64,000 bases of DNA, taken from positions 97,588,001 to 97,652,000 of the forward strand of contig NC_042997.1 in NCBI RefSeq assembly GCF_006345805.1, given 5' to 3'. The DNA is from Octopus sinensis. Taxonomy: Eukaryota. Shown here piece after piece: positions 1-11,650 of this stretch (position 1 is the first letter of the stretch; each line of letters begins with the position of its first letter). The notes under the pieces are model-generated. The model was not told the origin of the DNA, searched no databases, and worked only from the letters and a program-made list of their open reading frames with translations. Position numbers and translations under genes: made by a program.

Positions 1-570
1 GATAGATATATAATGTAATAGATATAATGTGATAGAAATGTGAAAATGGACTTGATAGATATAATGTAATAGATATAATGTGATAGAAATGTGAAAATGG
101 ACTTGATAGATATAATGTAATAGATATAATGTGATAGAAATGTGAAAATGGACTTGATAGATATAATGTAATAGATATAATGTGATAGAAATGTGAAAAT
201 GGACTTGATAGATATATAATGTGATAGAAATGTGAAAATGGATTTGATAGATATATAATGTAATAGATATAATGTGATAGAAATGTGGAAATGGACTTGA
301 TAGATATAATGTAATAGATATAATGTAATAGAAATGTGAAAATGGACTTGAAAGATATATAATGTGATTGATATAATGTGATAGAAATGTGAAAATGGAC
401 TTGATAGATATAACGTGATAGAAATGTGAAAATGGACTTGATAGATATATAATGTGATAGAAATGTGAAACTGGACTTGATAGATGTATAATGTGATAGA
501 AATGTGTAAATGGACTTGATAGATATAATATGATACAAATGTGTAAATGGACTTGATAGATATATAATGC
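1..570. repeat. Minisatellite array, 36-53 bp units (GATAGATATAATGT... GATAGAAATGTGAAAATGGACTT), truncated by window start
   Basis: About 13 tandem copies of GATAGAAATGTGAAAATGGACTT, each preceded by one or two GATAGATAT(AT)AATGT modules. Confidence 0.95.
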
Positions 571-907
571 GATTTCTTAGAGAAATCACATAATTGCTGG
601 TGATACAGCACTCTATTGCATTCTATATAACATATGTTTGCGACTGACATGTGATAACGATTCACTCCTGAACTGAAATAAGCTCCCAGCCACTGTATCA
701 TGAATGGTTATGTGGACCACTCCTAATGAAAGCCAGAGCTTCCTTCGACCACTACATAAAAAGTATTAAGAAAATATGTTATTTAGATATACTTTTATTT
801 TAGTTGTTTACACTATTTCACGCTTGTTTATACTCTTATACATTCAAAGTTCACAAATCTCTTTATTTAAATTATGAATTATATTCCTTTCGATAATATC
901 AATATGA

Positions 908-1117
908 TTACAAAACTTCTTTGTAGACGATATTTTCTGTTTGATCGACACTAATTTTCAAATTACTGGAATCCGTTACTCTGCTCTTAGCGACGTATAG
1001 CTGGCCGTGTGTAAACATCGGAATGGGTAAAAATACACCTACATGATCTAAAGTCTGGCCTTGTGTCTTGTTTGCCGTGAATGCGTGAGCGGAATCTTTA
1101 GGGTTGCAAAAAATCAA
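908..1117 (-). pseudogene. Helitron RepHel PIF1-type helicase C-terminal fragment (degenerate)
   Basis: AFTANKTQGQTLDHVGVFLPIPMFTHGQLYVAKSRVT...TENIVYKEVL matches helicase motifs V/VI and the terminal NIVYKEVL of Helitron RepHel proteins. The upstream frame is broken. Confidence 0.88.
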
Positions 1118-1399
1118 ACTAAGACATACCTCTCACTGTTCTATGCGAATAATATCTGGATGTTCTGGTACTAAGGGTTATTTTGATTGACAAAACTGAG
1201 ATGTAAACAACAGCCGTTTCGAATCCTGTTCAAGACTGATGCACTTCAATAACCACTAAATAACACATTATATACTGACACACACGTTTTCCATTTTATT
1301 TTCGCTATTAACCGTCCTCGCGACCCCCTTCGTATCTACAATGGGGCCACGAACTATACGATGAAAATCCAGAGTTACTTGTGGTCGATGATTTTTTAA

Positions 1400-1602
1400 T
1401 AAAAATGTGATGGTGGTTTATCAATTCAAAAATCGATATCCATGAAATAATCAAACTTTCTGATTTTTAAATGCTAAAAACCTTCCTGACGATCGTCTTT
1501 GTAATTCCGAAAAATATCGTAACCATTGGTCCAGCCGTCTGGTCGTGAAGAGGGAACAAAGAGATGAACAGACGGACGGACATAACGCCCATTATAGTAA
1601 GA
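1400..1602 (-). mobile_element. Helitron-like 5' terminus (element 1)
   Basis: Minus strand reads A|TCTTACTATAATGGGCGTTATGTCCGTCCGTCTG: a 5'-TC start after A followed by a GTCY microsatellite, as in non-autonomous Helitron 5' ends. Linkage to the 908-1117 helicase fragment is inferred. Confidence 0.55.
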
Positions 1603-2503
1603 TTGTTTTGTGTTCTGTGATGCGTGCCAGCTCGCCGCTCTTCTGAGCGAGTTATCTTGAAACTTGTTTCGTCCTGTTCTCGATCATTACTTCAAGTCTA
1701 TATTAATCTTCAGATATACTTTTCTGTGTATTTTCTTGTGATTGTTTTCTTATCCTTGTGCGACATCTGACCGTCGATTTTGGAAAATATTAAGGACGAG
1801 CAAAACGCCTTCCGTCCAATGGACGGTGCTGAGTTGTCAAACATTTAAACCAAATTTTCTCAAAATAACTTGCCCGACCGTCCCATAGGCCTCCCCTTTG
1901 AGAAACACTGATGTAACCTGGAACACCAGCAAAAGAAGAAATAAGGATAGACTATTTTTCTATTCCAAAGAAAAACGGTTTTATTCACACAAATATGCAA
2001 CCGAAGACTTTAAAGTACCAGGAATGATAAGGCTGTTGACTGGGAGAACACAAACATGGTTTAAACAGTAAGCTTGGCAGGAAAGGAAGGTGCAGTTATA
2101 TACAGGTTGACGGAAGAAAAGCAGGACAAAAACGGCTTTATCGATTGCATTCTCACCTGGAATATATTTTTGTAATTTTTTCAAGACTTATACACGCCTG
2201 ATACTGTCGGTATCTATATATCAAATTTGAGCGCAATCGGATGGAGGATGCCCGAGATCCGAGAAGACACATTCAGAGAGACAGACAGAACGGATTTTAT
2301 ATAAGAGATTGTTTTGTGTTCTGTGATGCGTGCCAGCTTGCCGCTCTTCTGAGCGAGTTATCTTGAAACTTGTTTCGTCCTGTTCTCGATCATTACTTCA
2401 AGTCTATATTAATCTTCAGATATACTTTTCTGTGTCTTTTCTTGTGATTGTTTTCTTATCCTTGTGCAACATCTGACCGTCGATTTTGGAAAATATTGAA
2501 GGA
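1603..2503 (+). repeat. Direct repeat pair, about 195 bp (1603-1796 and 2309-2503)
   Basis: TTGTTTTGTGTTCTGTGATGCG...GGAAAATATT(G)AAGGA occurs twice, with 3 substitutions and 1 indel. Confidence 0.95.
1797..2308 (-). mobile_element. Non-autonomous Helitron-like element (element 2, about 512 bp)
   Basis: Minus strand has a 5' A|TCTCTTATATAAAATCCGTTCTGTCTGTC start and a 3' hairpin CCGTCC-ATT-GGACGG (1812-1826) 11 nt before CTCG|T (degenerate CTAG). The insertion sits between A and T. Confidence 0.6.
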
Positions 2504-2711
2504 TTAGTGAAAATTCATCATATTTGTTTTTCTACATTTCTAGAATCCACATGAAAATGAACGAAAAAAAACAATATAGAAAATTTAATATGTGTTAACC
2601 TATAAAGCATAACACACACACACGCACGTACACACACACACAGCTAACATGAAAGACGAGTGCAAACAGAATCATTAAGACGGGTACAATAACAGGATCA
2701 GATGCGTTCTA

Positions 2712-3500
2712 TCCTGTGATGCACCTGTACACATCATCAGTGATGTTTCGAGGAGTCACTTAGATATTTCGGGTCTTTTAAAACCAGACACCCTCACCTA
2801 GACAACCCAATTGGGATTGATGAAACCCCAGCTTGGGTCCAGTTACCGCTGCCTCTGGCAACACTGCTCCTTCCAGTGATCGCACCTCCACCTCCACCTA
2901 GAGGCAACCTTTGCAACCTCCTCGGCCAACCTGATGGCCTTCGGCTTTGCTGGATCAAGCTCTACAAATGAAGTGGCCTGCAAACCCTTTGTATCTCACC
3001 CCGATGTGATCATAGCTTGCCCTTCACCTATTAATGCTCGTCACTAAGGAGGTGCACTGGGCGGTACTTTCTCCCCTCACAATTCAATGGTGCACCCTCA
3101 GGTTTAGAAAATGCAATTTACAAAAGTCTCCTCGCAAATTAGTGCACATCTAGAATATTCTGCAGCACCCCCAGGCACCAAATCTGGTGTCGGATCTATA
3201 CTCATTGCTTTGGCATAGCTTCACCAGCTCAGCATACCTCTTTTTCTTACTCTCATTGGCCTCCACGATACAGTCTTCTTAGGGAACGGTAACTTCTAAC
3301 AGAATCACTTGCCTGGATGCTCCTGAGATCACTACACTATCCGGCCTTAATGATGTTGAGGCGACAGTTTCTGGGAACTTTAGTTACTTCTCCAGGATGA
3401 TTTTCAGCTCCCAGTCTTTTACTGTTAGAAATAGGCCGAGGAGGCGGGCCTAGCAGCTGGCGTCTTCTCCTCGCCAACCCCGTCAAAGGTAAAACACTTT
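2712..3500 (-). mobile_element. HERO-clade (R2-like, RLE) non-LTR retrotransposon 3' fragment, degenerate
   Basis: Minus translation GLFLTVKDWELKIILEK*LKFPETVASTSLRPDSVVISGASRQVILLEVTVP*EDCIVEANESKKKRYAELV... then KGFAGHFICRA and ASRWRW. This is a PD..E..K restriction-like endonuclease. The 3' UTR AAAGACCCGAAA...CATCACTGATGATGTGT resembles recalled HERO 3' ends. Confidence 0.75.
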
Positions 3501-3718
3501 CTCCGTTGAGCAACGTGTTTCCTCACAGTATGTGCTTACCGAATTCACTCACAAGGTATTGGTCAGTCTAGGGCTATAGCAGATGATGCTTGTTCAGTTT
3601 TCTGCATGGGAGAAATGAACTCGAAACTGTGGTTGCGAAGCAAACAATACAACCGAACCTATGTTTTTCTTTCTTCTTCCAAATTTTCACAAAGCGGTAA
3701 CACTGAAAACGTAAGACA

Positions 3719-4166
3719 GGATCTTTTCGGTTTGAACGGCAGTTTTCAACATAATTTTTTAGGTAACTAAAAAATTTTAAACTTCGTATACTGGTAGAAT
3801 GTGTTTATAAAACATCTTTTTCTCTTGGCTTTATTGAGAAAATTCTATAGTTTGTAAGATATTTGTTGTTGTTTTTTTCTTCAATTTCTGCAATTTCAAC
3901 CAATCACTGACGTCTATTGAGGTAAAAAACATTATGTGCCGTATGAATATGTCCCTCGTTTAAGAAACAGATTGGGTTTATTCACATTTGTGAAGAAAAA
4001 AAAAGATACCCTTCGCCCCACCCCTAACCCTAACTAACCCTAACCCTAACTAACCCTAACCCTAAAAGAGATTGAAATGCAATAGATCGATACTAGGGTC
4101 ATAATTATGGGTGACAATTTCATATGACACCGCTAGAAAAAACTGCCGTTCAAACCGAAAAGATCC
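3719..4166. mobile_element. 448-bp MITE with 28-bp TIRs, 8-bp TSD and internal CCCTAA repeats (Merlin-like by termini)
   Basis: Perfect TIRs GGATCTTTTCGGTTTGAACGGCAGTTTT (3719-3746 and 4139-4166). TSD GTAAGACA at 3711-3718 and 4167-4174. CCCTAA tract at 4022-4063. The superfamily is inferred from the GG termini plus 8-bp TSD. Confidence 0.85.
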
Positions 4167-4639
4167 GTAAGACAAGATGCTTATTACAATGTACAAGGTA
4201 ATGACAGTTCAAATACAGCATCGAAGTTTCTCAATCTTTAGGGTTATCTACGAAACACTTTAAAATAAGCTTGACTCCACTCAAAGATTTTTTTGCATGT
4301 TTCTCTTTATTTCTATATTATATATTAGTATTTGTAAGGTCCCAACACATTGCGTGACGTTCCCCGACCCCTCCTCAAGCATAAGACACACTGGGTGAAT
4401 GCCCGAGTTGCCCGTACCTTAAAGCCGAGTCTCAGTGATTCTGCAAGTGTTCGCTTGGATAATCTCAATTGATCGGAGATTTGTTTATTAAACACCTTCA
4501 GAAGAGAGAGAAATATTGCCAGGTATTGGTAATGATATTGTAAAAATGTCTTTTCGCAACTGGAAACAGTTTAATTTCTAAACGGACTTGAGTAAAGTGG
4601 ACAGCTGTGGGCAACACTACTCTCGCAAAAAAGATAAGC

Positions 4640-4990
4640 TATTTCTGGGTACTACTTCATCATCATTGTTCGACCGTGGTCGAGACAATGGAATTTACCA
4701 TGCTACGCCAGACTTCACGGTCCATCATGGCATTACGGAGGTCCTGTTGCTGGATGCCTGTATCCTTGGAGATTACATCAGGGTAGGAGAGTGTGCGCCC
4801 TCTGGTATTGCGAGTAGATGGCTTCCAGAGGAGAAGAGTAGAAATTACTTCTTTTTCAGCTCTACAACAATGTCCAGCAAACTGGACTCTCCTACCTTTC
4901 ACAAGAGATGACACAGGTGGTAGTTTCCCATATATTTGCATTTTGGTTGGATGGCGCTTCCACGAGAGATTTTGAGCTCTCATAAGGAGG
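4640..4990 (-). mobile_element. RTE-clade LINE 3' fragment
   Basis: LLMRAQNLSWKRHPTKMQIYGKLPPVSSLVKGRRVQFAGHC...RGR...DREVWRS is an RTE ORF2 C-terminus. It is followed by a TGATGATGA tail. Confidence 0.8.
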
Positions 4991-5002
4991 CTACTTAAGG
5001 TA

Positions 5003-5209
5003 CTACTTAAGAAGAGTGGTCCTGGTGCGCGCACTCGCGCTAGCTAGTCGTGACTAGTCGATCCTTACTTTGTGTTTTTGTTTTATTTATTTTGTTTTTA
5101 AAAAATTATTTACTTTGTGTAAAAAATTATTTATTTTGTGTTTTATTTACTTTGCTAGTCACGACTAGGTAATGCGAGTGCGCGCACCGGGACCACACTT
5201 CTTAAGTAG
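5003..5209. mobile_element. Small MITE (about 207 bp) with about 55-bp imperfect TIRs
   Basis: CTACTTAAGAAGAGTGGTCCTGGTGCGCGCACTCGC...CTAGTCGTGACTAG and its inverse at 5155-5209, flanked by TA. An internal TTAA boundary is an alternative reading. Confidence 0.8.
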
Positions 5210-5778
5210 TACTCTATTTCTGAATCTGAGTTCTGTTTTCTTTTTTTGAAGTTAATGTTTATACACGAGCGTAACAGTGTTTTGTTTAAATGCTTCCGAA
5301 GACAAAATATGTTTGCAAATTTAGCTATCTTTTGCAAAGCGTACGTAATATCTTGAAAATGGTCAAAAATCTAGAAAATATCATCTTTTAGTAACAACGA
5401 TAAAGGAAATGACAAACTGATTTAGGCAAGAAATTAACAGATTTCATTCAATATATTATTAAAGTAGCGTAAGGAAGAAAAATCTCTTCCACGTGCAAAT
5501 GTGTTTATTTTTTTTTCTTTTCCTCAGTGATCGAAGTAATCAATTTCGACTTATCTGCCCTTGGTTTGCATTCGTGTGGTTACCGAAAAGAGAGAGAGAA
5601 GTAACACTAGATATAGATATATACATAGACAGAGAAGGGGAATCGGAGAGAGATAAAGAGAAAGAGACAGCAGAGGAAGAAAAAGAAAGAGAGAGAGAGG
5701 AAGAAGGTGAGGCGAGAGCGAAAACGTTTAAAGCAGAAGTGCAAAGAAAGAAGTCTTGACGCATTTCGGTCTGGAGTT

Positions 5779-5788
5779 GTCACGTGAC
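5779..5788. promoter_or_regulatory. CLEAR-type palindromic E-box GTCACGTGAC, candidate MiT/TFE site
   Basis: Exact 10-bp CLEAR consensus 228 bp upstream of the proposed ATG (6016). A second CACGTG lies near 5490. Function is inferred. Confidence 0.5.
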
Positions 5789-6015
5789 TCGCTGAAACGG
5801 GCAGAATTAGGGAAGATTGACAGAATATTTTCTAACTCTGGCAACATATACATCATTATTTATTATAATAACGCACTCCCACTTAGACACATGTGGCCAG
5901 GAACACAGTTGCTGGCAGATACCAACTCGTTCCCACGAACTCCTCTTAAATCTGTGCATTTAATACAAGTGACTGCACCCTATATCATTACCAATCATTT
6001 TTATCTTTCCCAGGT

Positions 6016-6062
6016 ATGGGGTCTGTTGACCTCAACGATCCCTCAATTATCTACAAAAAAAG
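6016..6062 (+). CDS. Amino-acid transporter, coding exon 1 (MGSVDLNDPSIIYKK)
   Basis: Polypyrimidine acceptor TTATCTTTCCCAG at 6001-6013, ATG at 6016, donor AG|GTAAAT at 6063. It ends in phase 2, matching exon 2. No transcript evidence is available. Confidence 0.68.
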
Positions 6063-9000
6063 GTAAATACTTTTTACATAGATAACTGGAAAAAAAAAAT
6101 GAATACTTCATCGTTGATTTCAATTTTACTTTTTTTTTCATTACTTTCCCTTTCATTTATCAATTTTGTGGAGTATTCTATGAAGTTTATTTACAAAATT
6201 AAAGCTGGCGATGCTTTATCTTACTCGAAGATGTTGAATGAAAAATGTTAATATATCCGATAAATTATTTTTTAGCAAGAATTGTTAATTCAGTAGCGAA
6301 ATAAGCAAGTCGTATTTCAATGGAGCATGTGCATAAAGAAAAAATATATATATATATTAAAGTTTTTTTTCGTATCGTTATGTTTTATGACCATTAAAAC
6401 TTAGAACCGGCCCACAAGTAACAGCTTAGAAAGAGAAGAGAATATTTGTCAGTCTGGATACAAGTACCACTTTAAAATTAAACCCAATTCATAATTGAAA
6501 TTCCCCGCCCAACCAGCAAACGCAAACAGATAAATGTAATCTGTCTATTGATATATATAGATAATGTTTTAAATGTTTAAAGCCTTGTATTGTTTACTCG
6601 AGCTGTTACTCCCACCCCCGTATGACGCTTATAGATAAAGCGTGGCACTATTTGACAAATAGACACATGTATACGCACACGCACGCAACACAACACAGCA
6701 CAGCACAAGTGTTTTCGTTTCGAGTTTTCTGTTAATATGAAACATGGAACATATGATGCAGGAAAGGTAAATATTTATTGTACCTTTTAAGTATTTTGTT
6801 TTATCTTTAGGATATATATACTTAACTGTATATATATATATATCTATATATACTTACTTACTACATAGCACACAAATAGACTCAACTAAGGAGTTTGACC
6901 TCCTACCACATAATGAAAAATAAGAATGAATAGCTTCCTTGTCTTCAGAAGTTCTAAGAAAAGGAATGTAATATATGTAGTTTTGTTTTATTCATCTTAA
7001 ATTTAACCTTGATGTGAAACTTTTAAATCTTCAATACAGAAAATTCTATTCCACCATAAACTATTGAACTCTTGTATTAGTGGATCTTACTTTGCATGGT
7101 ATGATTTCTTTTTCTAATGCATAACTGTTTAAAGTTAAAACTATGAGGATAGGAAGTTATAATAGTTATATATTTCAGAAGGGTATTACATAAGCAACTT
7201 TAAATAATAATAAGTGCTGAGAATGAATCCATCGTATTCAGTAAAAGTAGCACCCGCTACTTTGTATACAAATGTAATTTGGAAACCTTAAAATCGGTTC
7301 GACGTGTCTTTCCGGTTTTATGTTATATACCACAGATGGAATTGTAGCAGAGTATTGTTTTTAAGTACTTTGAAGCTGGAGGATTTATAAGGATCGAAGA
7401 ATGGGGAGTTGTTTATGCTTTTAAGAGAATCGACGTCATCAATTCGTATTGTGACACTAATACTCCGAAATCTTGCGGGCGATCAAAAGTAATGAATTTA
7501 CAGAATCTCGAATATTTATGATTCTGAGATTGAATCTAACTGGAAATGTTCATTTACAGTTGAAATTGTTCACATTCCCTTTTGATATATTTATAAATAT
7601 ATCAGAAAAAAAAATGTATTTTGACAGTATAAATCCTCACTACTGCTGAGAGATTATCTGGAGAAATTTAAAGGTTTGTTTAAAGAAAAACGGTGATATT
7701 GCACAAGGTAATTCCAGATATCCAAGCTCTACGAAAATTACTTTTTTTTTTCTGTTGTCATAAGGCTACAGTTCTTAGAAAGGTTTAGTCAATTGACTCA
7801 ACACCAGTAAATAACTAATTTATTTTATCAACTCTGAAAGATCAGTCAAACGTCAATCCCAGTAGTAAAATCTAGTTACAGCAATCAGTTGTTTTGCCTG
7901 TGTAATACAGTAAAATCAAAACCGCTTTGAAGAGAGTTAGGGTAAGTTCTCTGGTGCCGACCCTTCTGTTTCATAGGCTTACTCAAATTCAGCTTTGCAC
8001 GGGAAGCCAACGAACCGCCCGTCGAAAAGCATCTCGTCAAGGCACTTAAAGAAGGATCAGCATTGCAAACATCTTGATTCTACTTTCATCAACTATTTGG
8101 TGGGACCTACAAGTTGAGTTGTTGGTTTCTGAAGACATGTATTTGTAATTTGTTATTTAAAAATCCAATATAGTATATTTTCTAAACTAGTGCTTTTCAT
8201 TCAGGATGACATGGCTCTCTGCATTATCACCTATATAGAGTTCAGAGATACAACAAGGTTGAAAAAAAACAAAAACGTATTGGCTTTAAGCATAAAGAAA
8301 GAAAAAACAAAGGCTTTAAACATAAAGAAAACAAAATGAACTTGACAAAAGTTATTTTGAAAAAAAAAGGAGAAAAAAAGGCAAAAAAAAAAAAAACTGT
8401 GGTTGCAACAACAGTTTTTATAGATTTTTTAAAATATAGTTTTATCCGTGCGCCAAAATAAATCATTTAGGGGACATCGTTGTTGAAAATATATATCCCT
8501 GACAAAAATATAATTCTAATTCTTATGTACAATATATATGTTGTTGGCACACAAAGGATGACTATTAAAATGTTAGGTCTTTGTCGTTTATTTGAAATCA
8601 AAATAAAAGCAATATTTAAATCGATATTTTTCTCTTGCTAAGTACCTTCAGTTTATATTGTTTAGTCCCAAGTCTATTATCACAGGCATTCCAGCTGTGA
8701 TCATTCTCGTCGTTTTTTTTTTTTTTTCAATGTGACCATTTCAATGACTGCAATTTTGAAAATTTGGTTGCTATTTCTAACAGGTTCAGTGATCACGTAA
8801 AAGTGCTTTTGCTGAAGGTAATAGTCGTTGTTAGTCACTGGTTAGCCTTGATCAAAGGCATTCTAGCCATCATCTTCCTTTTTTAGAATCCCAAAGACTA
8901 CACTGAGTGTCCATTCTCTTTTTTTGAGAGCACAGAGGTTTAATTTGTGAGGGATGTGGCTGTTATTTTTAGCAGGTCGAATAACTGCATGGAGGTCCAA

Positions 9001-10549
9001 TCGCCCAATATCCAAGTATTAAGTGGTTGAGTTGGGTAGCCTTTGTTTTATCTTTATGAGGCTAACTATTGTTAATGGAAGGTTTGATAGGAATTAAATA
9101 GATAATTTTGCTGAAATTATTGCACAAATTCAAAATCTAAACTTTGTTGCCAGAAGAATAATAATTATAAGTAACAGGGATTTCTAATATAGACTCAAGG
9201 TCTCACATTTGGGAGAAAAGAATACTTTATTTAATCAACACGGTATATTTGATTACACTGGAAAGCAAAGGCTATACCTCCAGGGTTTGAACTAATAACC
9301 TAAAATAGCATTTTTGTGAGTGATATTATATTAAAGTCAGTAAGCTGGCAGAATTGTTAGCACTCCAGGAATAGAATGCTACATTCTGAGTTCAAATTCC
9401 ACCGAGGTCAACTTTGCTTCTCATCCTTTCGGTGTCAGTAAAATAAGGACCATTTTGAGCCCTGGGGTTGATGTAACTGACTTAACCTGTCCTCTGAAAT
9501 TTCAGCTCTTGTGCCTGCCTATATTAGAAAGAATTATTATAAAGGCAGCAAGCTGAGAGAATCGTTTGCACTCTGGGAAAATGCTCAGCAGTATTTTATC
9601 CATCCTCACATTCTGAGTTCAAATTCCTCTGAGGTCAGCTTTCCTATTCATCCTTTTGGGATCAATAAATTAAGTACTAGTTAAATACTGGTGCTGATGT
9701 AATCGACTAGTCATCTTCTCCAAAATTTCAAGCATTGTGCCTTTAGTTGAAAGGATTATTATTAAGTGAGAGAGCAATGCATGCCATCAAAGTGACACTG
9801 GGGTACAAATATATGAAGCCCAATGTATCCATCTGATAAGGGTACTCTAGGCACATATATCACTACTATATGTGCATTACATGGTGATTTCATGTCAAGA
9901 TAAACAGCACATGACCTTGCCGGTGGAGCCCAGTTAGAATTTTCTTCAGGGCAAGTAGCTCATCCCACTCAAAAGGTCCCTGAATAGGGTTTAAGGATGA
10001 TGAATGAAACGCCAATGTTTCCAGAGGTGAAATATTCAGACTCTAAAGAATTCCTTCTCAACACATGGCTATGATGCTCCTCCATTACTCCTGCTCATAA
10101 TCAAAGTTGTACATAGCAGCAGCCACTAAGGGTCAATCAGATCTGTGATATTGAGCAGAATATTTGCTGTAACCCATCTTTTATATCAAGATAAAACACG
10201 TACATGATAACACTTCCAATAAGTTTTATTATCATTATTATGTGGCAACTGATCTTAATGAATAGTTTAATATAAAAATATGTTAGCAAATGTTTTCAAA
10301 TGTCCCTCTTTGGAGATAAAAAGCCTACGATGCAGCTTGCATGACTAAAAGGCTATAGTAGAGTGGGAAGCTGTTTTATGCTAGAATGTGAGGGGTTAAG
10401 ACAAAGAAGGGGCTTGAAGAGTACAGTTTTCTTGTACAAGAAATGACTACTCACATTATAGAAGAAAGAATGGGAAAAGAGAGGTAAAATAGTGGTGATA
10501 AAGTGTTAGGCAGACCCTCAAGATACAAGGTAAATAGAAATGATGGGGA

Positions 10550-10953
10550 AAGGCGGCGAGCTGGTAGAAACATTAGCACGCCGAGTGAAATGCTTAGCGG
10601 TATTTCGTCTGCCTTTATGTTCTGAGTTCGAATTCCACCGAGGCCGACTTTGCCTTTCATCCTTTCGGGGTCGATTGAATAAGTACCAGTTACGCACTGG
10701 AGTCGATATAATTGACTTAATCTGTTTGTCTGTCCTTGTTTAGTCCCTTGTGAGTAGTAAAGAAATGGGTATTTTATCTGCTGCTATGTTCTGAGTTCAA
10801 ATTCCGCCAAGGTTGACTTTGCCTTTCATCCTTTCGGGGTCAATAAATTAAGTACCAGTTATGCACTGGGGTTGATGTAATCAATTTAATCCCTTTGTCT
10901 GTCTTTGTTTGTCCCCTCTATGTTTAGCCTCTTGTGGGGAATAAAGAAATAAG
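10550..10953 (+). mobile_element. tRNA-derived SINE family B, one near-full copy plus a partial tandem copy
   Basis: AAGGCGGCGAGCTGG...GAGTTC(G/A)AATTCC (B box)...GCCTTTCATCCTTTCGGGGTCGA. Further copies near 9340, 9545, 12830, 19858, 47375, 51170(-) and 54710(-). Confidence 0.85.
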
Positions 10954-11613
10954 AAATGATGGGGACAGAACAAAAAGTGTGGGTGGGTTTGGGATGGTTA
11001 GAGATGGGCACATATATAGGCACAGGTATGGCCGTGTGGTAAGAAGCTTGCTTCTCAACCACATGATTCTGGCTTCAGTCCCACTGTATGGCACTTTGGG
11101 CAAGTGTTTACTATATCCTTGGGCTGACCAAAACATAGTGAGTGGAAAGAAGCCCATCATGTATATATCTCTGTGTATGATTTTGTGTGTGTTTGTCTCC
11201 CACCACTGCTTGACAACCGGTGTTGGTGTGTTTACATCCCTACTTCTTAGCAGTTCAGCAAAAGAGACCAATAGAATAAGGACCAGGCTTAGCAAAAAAA
11301 AACAAAATAATATATAAATAAGTACTAGGGTTGATTCATTTGAGTAAAAATTCTTGGTGGTACCTCAGCATAGCTGCAGTATAATAACTGAAACAAGTAA
11401 AAGATAGGAGATATATTTTAATTAATAAATAATAATTTATTAATTATCTCTCTATTTTCTTATCTCATTATAATAAATATATATAAATTACTGTTTATAT
11501 TGTTACCTTGTAGTTGAATATTAACTGTAATGTTCAACAGTCTTTGTATAGGTAAACTAGCCAGTACTGTCATAGGATTTTGCCATCCCTCAATGATGTT
11601 TGTAACCTTTGTC

Positions 11614-11650
<37 letters not shown>

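Noticed and set aside
1603-1796. CTGAAGA...GAAAC on the minus strand of the 195-bp unit, and other isolated CTGANGA hits (e.g. near 8130, 31105, 44135)
   Set aside because: No stem II pairing links the core motifs, so these are not hammerheads.
4022-4063. CCCTAA tracts as telomere or fusion remnants (also 62085-62175)
   Set aside because: They are short, degenerate and enclosed within TIR elements.
4334-4560. GC-richer segment starting TGTAAGG, as a solo LTR
   Set aside because: No matching CA end, TSD, PBS or PPT could be identified.
4588-4975. Plus-strand ORFs of 107 and 60 aa
   Set aside because: They are antisense shadows of the minus-strand RTE fragment.
7244-7263. Perfect 8-bp hairpin AAAGTAGC-ACCC-GCTACTTT and a nearby ETS-like TTCCGG
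   Set aside because: These are too short to exceed chance in 64 kb and have no supporting context.
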